DNA of 64,000 nucleotides from Terriglobia bacterium. GTDB taxonomy: Bacteria > Acidobacteriota > Terriglobia > Bryobacterales > Bryobacteraceae. The notes under the pieces are model-generated. The model saw only the letters and a program-made list of their open reading frames with translations. It did not search any database and was not told the origin of the DNA. Position numbers and translations under genes: made by a program. The DNA is taken from the NCBI GenBank assembly GCA_963825305.1, contig CAWGTA010000016.1:102335-166334 (forward strand), in the 5' to 3' direction. Positions 9,186 through 17,178 of this stretch are shown in pieces. Within the stretch, counting starts at the first letter, position 1. Every line of letters begins with the position of its first letter.

Positions 9186-11945
9186 ATGTCTAATACCGTG
9201 GGGCAGGCTTTTCGGCCTGCCGCCGCGCTTCCGCGCGGCGCGCCGGCCGGAAGGCCGGCGGCAGGCCGGAAGGCCTGCCCCACCATCGCTCTCCTACTAC
9301 TAGCCGTCACTCCACTGGCTGCGCAGGAGTTCTGGCCCGGCGCAAACTACGACCCCCACATCCCCACCTTCCGCCAGGTGCTCGGTTACGAACCGGGTGA
9401 GCGCATCACCAGCCACGCTGGGATCGTCCGTTACCTGGAGGCGCTGGCCGCCGCGTCCCCGCGCATCAAGATCTTCGAATATGGCGAAAGCTGGGAAGGC
9501 CGCAAACTGGTCTACGCGGCCATCAGTTCCGAAACGAACATGAAGAAGCTGGCGGGCATCCGCTCCTCCCTCGAGCGCTTCGCCGATCCGCGGCAGACGT
9601 CCGAGGGCGAAGCGCGCAAGCTGGCGGCCACTCTGCCCGCCGCAGTCTGGCTGTCGTACGGAGTCCACGGCGATGAGATTTCGTCGCCCGAAGCCGCACT
9701 GCTCACTGCCTATCACCTGCTGGCCGTGCGGCACGACACGATGGCAGACGCGATCCTGTCCAACGACATCGTGCTCCTGGACCCGATCCAGAACCCCGAT
9801 GGCCGCGATCGTTTCGTCAATTACTACGAGCAGACGCGGGGCCTGGAGCCGGACCCAAATCCAATGGCGGCCGAGCACAATCAGCCGTGGCCCGGCGGCC
9901 GCTACAACCATTACCTGTTCGATTTGAACCGTGACTGGATCGCCCTCACGCAGCCCGAGATCCGCGACCAGGTGAAAGCGCTGCGCGAATGGCTGCCGCT
10001 GGTCTATGTGGACCTGCACGAGATGAGCGGCGACTCCACTTACTTCTTCAGTCCCGAGGCCGACCCCTACAATCCCAACCTCACCGCGGCGCAGCGGGAA
10101 AGCCTCACGCTGTTTGGACGCAACAACGCTCGCTGGTTCGACCGCTACGGGTTCGACTATTTCACCCGCGAAGTGTATGACGCCTTCTATGCGGGGTACG
10201 GCGCGAGTTGGCCGGCCTACTACGGCGGCATCGCGATGACCTACGAGCAGGCCTCGGTGCGTGGGCTGGTGAGGAGCCGGACGGACGGCACGACGCTGAG
10301 CTTTCGCGAAACCATACGGCATCATTTCGTGGCTTCGCTCTCGACGCTCGAAACCGCCGCGGCTCACCGTGAAAAGCTGCTGGACGATTTCTACCGTTAC
10401 CGCGCGTCGGCTATTCAGGAAGGCGCCAAGGATCCGGTGAAAGAGTACATCCTGCCGCGAGGGCGCGACGCTTCGGCGACCGACAAATTGGCCGCGATCC
10501 TGTTACAGCAGGGAATTGAAGTGAAGAGCGCCACCGCGCCGTTCCGGTCCGGCGATCGGGAATACCCGGCGGGGACGTACGTGATCAGCCTGGCACAGCC
10601 GGCCAAGCGCCTGATCCACACGCTGCTCGATCCGCGAACCGCAATGGACGAGCGCTTTGTGGCCGCCGAAGAAGCGCGCCGCAAGCGCAAGGAACCGAGC
10701 GAGATCGCGGATGTCACCGCCTGGTCGCTGCCTTTGATGTTCAACGTGGAGGCAATCGCCAACCCGAAGGTGTCGGAGGGCAGCTTCGAACCCGCGAGCG
10801 CCAAGCCTCGTCCCGGTGAGTTGCATAGCGCCCAAGCCACGGTGGCGTACCTGGTGCCGTGGGGCAGCCAGGCAGCGGCACGCATGCTGGCCTCCGCGCT
10901 GCGGCAGGGCCTCGCCATCCACACCGCCGACCGCGCCTTCACTCAGGAAACCCGCAATTATCCCGCCGGCACCTTGATCTTCAAGGTGAAGGACAATGCT
11001 GCCGAGTTGTCGCAAAAGCTGGCCGCGCTGGTCCGCGACACCGGCGCGGACGTCTATGGCGCCAACAGCGGCTGGGTCGAAGAGGGCGTCAATTTCGGCA
11101 GCCGCTACGTGCTGCCGGTGCGCAAGCCGGCCATCGCCATAGCCTGGGATGTGCCTGCTGTGTCGGCGGCCGCGGGCGCCACCCGTTTTGTGCTGGAGCG
11201 CCAATACGGATACCCGGTCACACCGGTGCGCATGGAGCAACTGGCAGAGGCCGACCTTTCGAAATTCAACGTGCTCATCCTGCCGCCGGGAGGGGACTAT
11301 GGCGCCTCGCTAGGCGACAGCGGAATCGAGCGCCTGAAGAATTGGGTGAATGCCGGCGGCACCCTGATCGCTCTAGGTGAGGCCGTGGACTTCCTGACCG
11401 ATCCGCAAGCCGGGTTGCTCGACATCCAGCAGGAGACCGCTCTCGGATCCAGCCAGGAAAAGAAGGACGAACCGAAAGAGGATCAGCCGGAAGAAAGGAA
11501 GCGGGCTCCCGGCACCGAGATCGCGAGCGACGCGCAATTCGATCAGGCCACCCGCGCTACCGCGGAGCTGCCCGATACCGCACCGGGCGCCATCGTACGT
11601 GCACGCATACGGACCGGCCATTGGCTGACCGCCGGCGCGGGCGAAAGCGTGAACGCCATGGCGACGGGCCGTGTCATTTACGCGCCTATCAAATCCGATA
11701 AGGGCGTCAACGCGGTCTACTTCGAGGCGCCGGACCAGTTGCTCGCCGGCGGTTATTTGTGGGACGAGAACCGGCGCCAGATGGCTTACAAACCACTGGT
11801 GGTGGCGCAGCCTTCCGGGCGCGGCACGGTGGTGGCGTTCACCGCGGACCCCAATTTCCGCGGCATGCTGGACGGCATGAACCTGCTGTTTCTCAATGCC
11901 GTGTTCCGCGGGCCGGCGCACGCCGCCGCCGCGCCCACCGAATAA
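9186..11945 (+). CDS. M14 family zinc carboxypeptidase, secreted
   Basis: 919-aa ORF with the HxxE zinc motif in GVHGDEISS and the N-terminal region WPGANYDPHIPTFRQVLGYEPG typical of M14. The hydrophobic signal core IALLLLAVTPLAAQ follows the repeat. The only in-frame starts upstream of it are ATG 9186 and GTG 9198. Confidence 0.85.
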   Translation: MSNTVGQAFRPAAALPRGAPAGRPAAGRKACPTIALLLLAVTPLAAQEFWPGANYDPHIPTFRQVLGYEPGERITSHAGIVRYLEALAAASPRIKIFEYGESWEGRKLVYAAISSETNMKKLAGIRSSLERFADPRQTSEGEARKLAATLPAAVWLSYGVHGDEISSPEAALLTAYHLLAVRHDTMADAILSNDIVLLDPIQNPDGRDRFVNYYEQTRGLEPDPNPMAAEHNQPWPGGRYNHYLFDLNRDWIALTQPEIRDQVKALREWLPLVYVDLHEMSGDSTYFFSPEADPYNPNLTAAQRESLTLFGRNNARWFDRYGFDYFTREVYDAFYAGYGASWPAYYGGIAMTYEQASVRGLVRSRTDGTTLSFRETIRHHFVASLSTLETAAAHREKLLDDFYRYRASAIQEGAKDPVKEYILPRGRDASATDKLAAILLQQGIEVKSATAPFRSGDREYPAGTYVISLAQPAKRLIHTLLDPRTAMDERFVAAEEARRKRKEPSEIADVTAWSLPLMFNVEAIANPKVSEGSFEPASAKPRPGELHSAQATVAYLVPWGSQAAARMLASALRQGLAIHTADRAFTQETRNYPAGTLIFKVKDNAAELSQKLAALVRDTGADVYGANSGWVEEGVNFGSRYVLPVRKPAIAIAWDVPAVSAAAGATRFVLERQYGYPVTPVRMEQLAEADLSKFNVLILPPGGDYGASLGDSGIERLKNWVNAGGTLIALGEAVDFLTDPQAGLLDIQQETALGSSQEKKDEPKEDQPEERKRAPGTEIASDAQFDQATRATAELPDTAPGAIVRARIRTGHWLTAGAGESVNAMATGRVIYAPIKSDKGVNAVYFEAPDQLLAGGYLWDENRRQMAYKPLVVAQPSGRGTVVAFTADPNFRGMLDGMNLLFLNAVFRGPAHAAAAPTE
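9198..9283 (+). repeat. 86-nt four-hairpin palindromic element, copy 2 (inside the 5' end of the M14 ORF)
   Basis: gtgggg caggct-tttc-ggcctg c cgccgcgc-ttcc-gcgcggcg cgccggcc-ggaa-ggccggcg g caggcc-ggaa-ggcctg ccccac. It lies 28 nt after the M13 stop codon. Confidence 0.9.
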
Positions 11946-12022
11946 GCTATTTCGCCAGGCGCAATACGAGAGCCTGCAAGAAACCCGATCCGGATGCCTG
12001 TGGTGCATCACCAGCTAATTGC

Positions 12023-13507
12023 CTACTGCGACAGGCGCGACACGATCGCGCTGGCTATCTGGGCGAATTTCGCAGCAAGCTGCGACGCGTCCGGCGCGTT
12101 AACGTAACCCCCTACCGGCTGAGTGGGATCGTAACTCGTCGAGGCGGGCACATTTGCGATTCGCTGGAGAAGTACCGGATCCAGATCGTCGTATGGGTGG
12201 AGTGCTACGTTGCCGCTGAGACCGAGCGAGTAGATCGTAATTCTGAGGGTGGAGTCCGTTCGGAGCCGGGTCCCGGCGCCATCCGCTGCATTCTTGGAGA
12301 GTGCCACAAACTGCGCTTCGGCGGGATCGTTTGGCGTAGCATCCACCACCGCTACCTGTGAACTGGTTCCTGGCAAATAACTTCCAATTCCATACAAGTT
12401 GTCGCCATATGCATCGGTGGGTGGAACCGCTGTGAAATCCTGATTCCAGATCAGCGGATGGTTTCCATCCATCGCGCATGCGCCCCCACCATGACCAATG
12501 ACGGCCGTGCCAGTCATGGCCGCGTTAGCGTTGGGCGCAATGCTGAAGATTCCTTCAATATGAGGTGTCTCGCGGGCGACGTACCCAATAAGGGGTCCGC
12601 CTGCCGGCTTATCGCAGTTGCTGCCGGCTTTGATTTGGGTGGACCAATCGGCGCTAAATCCGTTGGGCGCTCCGTCGGTCATCAGTATCACCACATTGGC
12701 GCGCGAAGGCTGGGTTGCACCCCAGAAGGTCCTTATGGCGCTGTACGCTTGCTGTAAGCCCTCCACGGTGTTAGTGTTGCCGTTGCAATTGAAGCTATTC
12801 AGCGCGGTGTATACGGTGCTGGCGTTGTTGATGGTTCCGGCCGGTGATTGGAAATTGGCAATCGGGGCAACCGTATAGGTATTTCCGCCGAAGGTCACCA
12901 AGCCGATCCTGTCGATATCCGGGTCGAATTGCGAGTAGCCCAGGAACGCTTGCGCATCGTTCTTGGCCCAGACACATGAAGCCGTACCGTTGATCTGGTT
13001 TTGCATGGAGCCGGATCCATCCAGCACCAGCATCAACAGAACACCCTGCCGCGTAGCCTGAGCCGTGAAGGAGATGTTGGCGGTTTGCTGGCCCAGGATC
13101 CGAAGAAAATAGAGGGGCGCCGTCACCCCGGCTGTCACCGTTACCAGTTTGGCTGTGGCCGTGGTCCCTGGAGTTCCCGCGCTTCCATTCTTGTCAATCT
13201 CCGAAATGGTGATGGCGTTGGCAACCGGCAAAGAGGCCATCGGCTGCGCACCCCAGTAGCCGTTAGGGAAATTAGCAGTGAGGAACTCCGAGCCGACGGT
13301 CTGGGCTGCGGCCGTATTGGGGTTCTGGGCGAGCGCGCGGACCGTAGCCAACGCCGCAGCGTCCATCGCCCCCTGCAGTTTGGTGCGGATCAGGTACAGG
13401 GTGCCGACGTCAAAGCCAAGCCCTGCCACTAGCAGGGTGGAAGTCAGCGCTAGAGTCGTCAGAATTATGGCGAAACCTTTTTCGCGCCGGGTCTTTGCAG
13501 CCTTCAT
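12023..13507 (-). CDS. TadG-like pilus assembly protein with von Willebrand factor A domain
   Basis: The N-terminus RREKGFAIILTTLALTSTLLVAGLGFDVGTLYL is a TadE/G-like prepilin-type hydrophobic segment. A vWA MIDAS start follows (LLMLVLDGSGSM). Confidence 0.8.
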   Translation of the reverse strand: MKAAKTRREKGFAIILTTLALTSTLLVAGLGFDVGTLYLIRTKLQGAMDAAALATVRALAQNPNTAAAQTVGSEFLTANFPNGYWGAQPMASLPVANAITISEIDKNGSAGTPGTTATAKLVTVTAGVTAPLYFLRILGQQTANISFTAQATRQGVLLMLVLDGSGSMQNQINGTASCVWAKNDAQAFLGYSQFDPDIDRIGLVTFGGNTYTVAPIANFQSPAGTINNASTVYTALNSFNCNGNTNTVEGLQQAYSAIRTFWGATQPSRANVVILMTDGAPNGFSADWSTQIKAGSNCDKPAGGPLIGYVARETPHIEGIFSIAPNANAAMTGTAVIGHGGGACAMDGNHPLIWNQDFTAVPPTDAYGDNLYGIGSYLPGTSSQVAVVDATPNDPAEAQFVALSKNAADGAGTRLRTDSTLRITIYSLGLSGNVALHPYDDLDPVLLQRIANVPASTSYDPTQPVGGYVNAPDASQLAAKFAQIASAIVSRLSQ

Positions 13508-13549
13508 GTGCCATACTCCTCAACTGGTGCGATGCATCCGTCTACAGGC

Positions 13550-14254
13550 CTAGTCAATGGATCGCTGGTAGATCATCTTTCCCGCAAAATCCGTGAAGTA
13601 AGCTTCCGCAAGAAACACTGTGCCGCCAACGTTGCCTCCGCCGTTCGTCGGTAGATTGCTCATAATCGCGTTGAACGAACCAGCGCTCACTTGGATTTGA
13701 GTGACCGTGTACTGACACGTTGTAGCCGTGCCCTGCGTCGGCGGAGGAAGATTGTTATCCCCTTGTTCGCAAGTACCCGTTGTGGTATTGAGATTACCGG
13801 CGGGAATGGTTCCCACGGAGGCCGGCGAACCTTGCGTGCCGATCAGTGTCTGGTTGCCGACAATAATGCGGCGCTCAAGAACCGTTTGACTCCTATTAGC
13901 GCAGCCATTGCATCCCGGGTCGTTGGGGTTCACGTAGAAGTATTGCGACAGGACGATTGCCATAGGGCCAGTGCTGCCGCCGGTGACGGCGTTGCCGCCG
14001 TTGCCCTGCATCGCGAAGCTAGCCGCCAGCGTACTGGTCAACATCGTCTGATTGCCGGCGGTGGAAAAATCGATTCCTCTGGCGAACATCTGGCTGACAT
14101 CGTTGACTAGTTCGACCTCCTCGACCGACCGGGTCAAGCGGAACCCGAGCGTCATCATGAACCAGATCAGCGGAACCCAAAAAAAGCCGCTCACGAGGAC
14201 AAACTCGATCATGGCTTGTCCACCTTGGCGCCGTTTTCTGCTTAGACTGCGCAT
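13550..14254 (-). CDS. TadE-like minor pseudopilin
   Basis: ORF 13550-14287; I chose ATG 14254 (MRSLSRKRRQGGQAMIEFVLVSGFFWVPLIWFMMTLGF). The G-x-x-x-(I/V)-E-F TadE N-terminal motif is present. There is a 4-nt gap to the upstream tadE-like gene. Confidence 0.72.
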   Translation of the reverse strand: MRSLSRKRRQGGQAMIEFVLVSGFFWVPLIWFMMTLGFRLTRSVEEVELVNDVSQMFARGIDFSTAGNQTMLTSTLAASFAMQGNGGNAVTGGSTGPMAIVLSQYFYVNPNDPGCNGCANRSQTVLERRIIVGNQTLIGTQGSPASVGTIPAGNLNTTTGTCEQGDNNLPPPTQGTATTCQYTVTQIQVSAGSFNAIMSNLPTNGGGNVGGTVFLAEAYFTDFAGKMIYQRSID

Positions 14255-14258
14255 ATGC

Positions 14259-14801
14259 CTAACACCCACCCGGCGGCCAGGACCCAACCGGAGGACAATT
14301 TAACGGGTTACATGCTTGCGATACCCGAGATGCACTGACGTAAATACTCGCACTATTAGTCGAGCCCGCAGCGTACACCGATCCCTTTGGGTCGACGATG
14401 GGCGCAAGCAGCTTATAGGGATAGTTCTGGACAGACACCCGCACCACGCCCAAATCGACGGGAGCGTTGACAGCGGCTCCACTTTGATCGAAGAACTCGA
14501 TATGCAGGGTCTGACATGCCAAAGTAGCAGTCAGGAACTCCGGAGCGCTGGTCTCAGCCACCTGGGCTATGGTGTTTTTCAAATCAGCTGCGCCATGCTG
14601 AACCTGCCCCGTAACCCCGGCCCGCGCGGCATCGTTACAAGCCTGCTGCAGTCTCGATTTTGCATACATCACCCAACAAAGATTCCACGCCAGCCAGATC
14701 ATCCCGAGAAGAAGTACGATGATGAAGCTGGATTCCACCAGTACGTTTCCGGCTCTGCGCCGCGCTTTTCGGGACCGTGCTGTAACGACGCCTTCGGACA
14801 T
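14259..14801 (-). CDS. TadE-like minor pseudopilin
   Basis: ORF 14259-14870. I prefer the internal ATG 14801 (MSEGVVTARSRKARRRAGNVLVESSFIIVLLLGMIWLAW). It has a TadE-type N-terminal segment. The start could instead be 14870. Confidence 0.68.
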   Translation of the reverse strand: MSEGVVTARSRKARRRAGNVLVESSFIIVLLLGMIWLAWNLCWVMYAKSRLQQACNDAARAGVTGQVQHGAADLKNTIAQVAETSAPEFLTATLACQTLHIEFFDQSGAAVNAPVDLGVVRVSVQNYPYKLLAPIVDPKGSVYAAGSTNSASIYVSASRVSQACNPLNCPPVGSWPPGGC

Positions 14802-14950
14802 GTTCTTCAAAATCTCAAAATCCCGCACCCCGGGACTTGCTCCACTTTCGCTGTTGCCAGAGTAAACCATCTCGTGGTGCTTACCTCAGGGGGATTCCTC
14901 GATATCCGTCCCAATGCAGTTTGGTAATTCGCCCAGGTTAATTTTTCCTC

Positions 14951-14985
14951 TTGACATCGCCGTGAATTAGTACTAATAAATTAGT
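14951..14985 (+). promoter_or_regulatory. sigma-70-type promoter with embedded palindrome, predicted leaderless blaI transcript
   Basis: TTGACA (14951-14956), a 17-nt spacer, then TAATAA (14974-14979), then 6 nt to the ATG at 14986. No Shine-Dalgarno is present. The perfect palindrome TTAGTACTAA (14967-14976) and the direct repeat ATTAGTA x2 overlap the -10 element. Confidence 0.55.
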
Positions 14986-15360
14986 ATGAGACGTCGAAAC
15001 CCCACTCTAACCGATCAGGAACTCGCCATCATGAAGCTGGTTTGGGAGCGCGAACAGGGCGTCACCGTCCGCGACATTTACGAAGCGCTCCTGGAACGGC
15101 GCAAAGTGGCGTATACCACCGTGATGACCATGATGCGGATTCTGGAGAACAAAGGATTCCTCAAGAAATCGCAAGACGAACGCGCGCATGTGTACCGCCC
15201 GGCGCAGCCCCAGGGACAGGTGATCGGCGCCATGGTGCGGGAGTTCGTCAACCGGGTATTCAACGGATCGGCCGAACCGCTGCTGGTCCACCTGGTCGAG
15301 GATCATCACCTGACGCAGAAGGATCTGGAAGAGATCGCCAAACTGCGGAGGAAGTCATGA
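14986..15360 (+). CDS. BlaI/MecI/CopY family transcriptional repressor
   Basis: 124-aa winged-helix protein (LAIMKLVWEREQGVTVRDIYEAL...AYTTVMTMMRILENKGFL). Its stop overlaps the start of the M56 gene (ATGA). Confidence 0.9.
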   Translation: MRRRNPTLTDQELAIMKLVWEREQGVTVRDIYEALLERRKVAYTTVMTMMRILENKGFLKKSQDERAHVYRPAQPQGQVIGAMVREFVNRVFNGSAEPLLVHLVEDHHLTQKDLEEIAKLRRKS

Positions 15361-17144
15361 TCGGGAACAACCTGCTCGCCTGGAGCCTGCAGATTGCCAT
15401 GCTGGTGGCCGTGGCCGCCCTGGCTGCGTACGCGCTGCGGTTGCGTGTTCCGGGGGCACGGCTGGTGTATTGGCAGGCGGCATTGCTGGCTTCGCTGGCG
15501 CTTCCTCTGGTCCGGCCGTGGAAACACGCGGTGGTCACGGTGGCCGATTCGGTTTCCTACATCACCATCACTCAGTCCGCGCATCTACGGGCCGATCGCG
15601 GCATCTCTCTGGGGCAAGCCGTGCTGGGGCTGCTGGCGGCTGGAATACTGGCGCGCGGGTTCTGGTTGGCGGCGGGTTTCTGGCGGCTGCGGCAATACCG
15701 CAAGCAGTCGCGCTGGCTGGCTCTGCGCGATGGCGCGGTCCTGCGGCTGTCCGAGACCGTTTCCAGCCCGGTTACGTTTGGGGCGTTCCGGCCGGTGGTG
15801 CTGCTGCCCGCTCATTTTCCGGAACTCTCGCCGGCGGTGCAAGAGGCCATCCTCTGCCATGAACTGCTCCACGTACGCCGCCGCGACTGGCTCTTCACGG
15901 TCGGCGAAGAAATCGTGCGCGCGGTGTTCTGGTTCCATCCGGCGATCTGGTGGCTGCTGGCGGAAATCGGACTGGCGCGCGAGCAGGAGGTGGACCGCCG
16001 GGTAGTCGCCGCGACGCAATCGCGCGAGCAGTATGTGGATGCCCTGCTGGCTATCGCGGGCGGCAGGCCGCAGCCCGACCTGGCGCCGGCGTCCCTGTTT
16101 CTTCGCAAGCGGCACTTGAAGCAAAGGGTAGTTTCGATTTTGCAGGAGGTTCGGATGTCTAAGACGCACTTGGTTTCTTCTTTGGCTGCGGCTCTGGGTG
16201 TTCTCGTCGCGGCATGCTGGCTGGCTACTTCCACGTTTCCTTTGGCGGCGGCGCCTCAGATGGTGGCCGATGCGCCCGGAGTGTCAATCGAATTGGGCGG
16301 CTCCACGCTGATGCATCGCACAGGGGTCGACTATCCGGCGGCCGCACGCGCCCGAGGTGTACAGGGGAGCGTGACGGTGCAGGTCAAAATCGACAGCGGC
16401 GGCAGCGTTTCCGATGCGCAGGTGTTGAGCGGGCCCGAGGAACTTCGCAAGGCGGCACTCGAGTCGGTGTTGAACTGGCATTTCACCAACGACGCAGCGG
16501 GCAGCACGCGGCAGGTGTCCATCGCGTTCCAGTTGCCGGCAACCGTCGCGGCCGCCGCTCCCAAACCGGACGCCGGCCGCTCCCAACTGGTAGGCCTCAC
16601 CGTGCGAGGAATTTCGGTAACGGGCATTTCGGACGCGGCCCGTAGCGAGCTGCTCTCGCGCCTGCCAGTGCACGAAGGCGATGTCCTGACGGCCGCGGCA
16701 ATCGCCGAGCTCGACCGCGTGGTCATTAACGTCGACCAGCACTTACGAATCACATACCGGAGCCTGATCGCCGGAGAAGCGGCTCGCCTGCAATCCGCGC
16801 GCGACGTATCGATCGAGATTTCACCCGGCGCCACGAACCCGGCTGCCCCCGGATTCAAGCTCCGCATCGGCGGGAACATCCAGGCCGTGAAACTGATTCA
16901 GCAGCCAAAGCCCGTCTATCCGCCGGACGCCAAGGAAGCGCGCATTCAGGGAGTCGTAAAGCTTGAAGCCTGGATCGGGAAAGACGGCACGATCAAGAAT
17001 CTGAACGTGATCAGCGGCCACCCGCTATTGGCCGCTGCCGCACTGGATGCGGTTCGCCAGTGGGTCTACTCGCCGACTCTGCTGAATGGCGAGCCCGTCG
17101 ACGTGGACACCGAAATCGATGTGAACTTCACGCTGGCTTACTGA
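15357..17144 (+). CDS. BlaR1-like M56 peptidase sensor fused to two TonB C-terminal domains
   Basis: Start ATG 15357 (MIGNNLLAWSLQ...). The first 105 codons of the 15042 ORF are an out-of-frame overlap with blaI. It has 4 TM segments, the HExxH motif HELLHVRRRDW, and then two TonB_C-like modules (DYPAAARARGVQGSVTVQVKI... and PVYPPDAKEARIQGVVKLEAWI...) separated by a POTRA-like stretch. Confidence 0.85.
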   Translation: MIGNNLLAWSLQIAMLVAVAALAAYALRLRVPGARLVYWQAALLASLALPLVRPWKHAVVTVADSVSYITITQSAHLRADRGISLGQAVLGLLAAGILARGFWLAAGFWRLRQYRKQSRWLALRDGAVLRLSETVSSPVTFGAFRPVVLLPAHFPELSPAVQEAILCHELLHVRRRDWLFTVGEEIVRAVFWFHPAIWWLLAEIGLAREQEVDRRVVAATQSREQYVDALLAIAGGRPQPDLAPASLFLRKRHLKQRVVSILQEVRMSKTHLVSSLAAALGVLVAACWLATSTFPLAAAPQMVADAPGVSIELGGSTLMHRTGVDYPAAARARGVQGSVTVQVKIDSGGSVSDAQVLSGPEELRKAALESVLNWHFTNDAAGSTRQVSIAFQLPATVAAAAPKPDAGRSQLVGLTVRGISVTGISDAARSELLSRLPVHEGDVLTAAAIAELDRVVINVDQHLRITYRSLIAGEAARLQSARDVSIEISPGATNPAAPGFKLRIGGNIQAVKLIQQPKPVYPPDAKEARIQGVVKLEAWIGKDGTIKNLNVISGHPLLAAAALDAVRQWVYSPTLLNGEPVDVDTEIDVNFTLAY

Positions 17145-17168
17145 GCCGTGACCGTAGGGAGCGGTTGC
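17138..17168 (+). repeat. short conserved motif TTAC(C/T)GAGCCGTGACC-N-GGGAGCGGT, copy a
   Basis: ttactgagccgtgaccgtagggagcggttgc, overlapping the TGA of the M56/TonB gene. Related copies lie at 42249-42277 (+) and 36049-36078 (reverse). Confidence 0.6.
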
Positions 17169-17178
17169 TTCTCCCCAC

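Noticed and set aside
15042-15356. N-terminal 105 codons of the 700-aa ORF (start 15042) as part of the BlaR1-like protein
   Set aside because: This stretch overlaps blaI in another frame and translates to Arg/Gly/Pro-rich nonsense. The ATG at 15357 overlaps the blaI stop (ATGA) and is followed immediately by the first TM helix.
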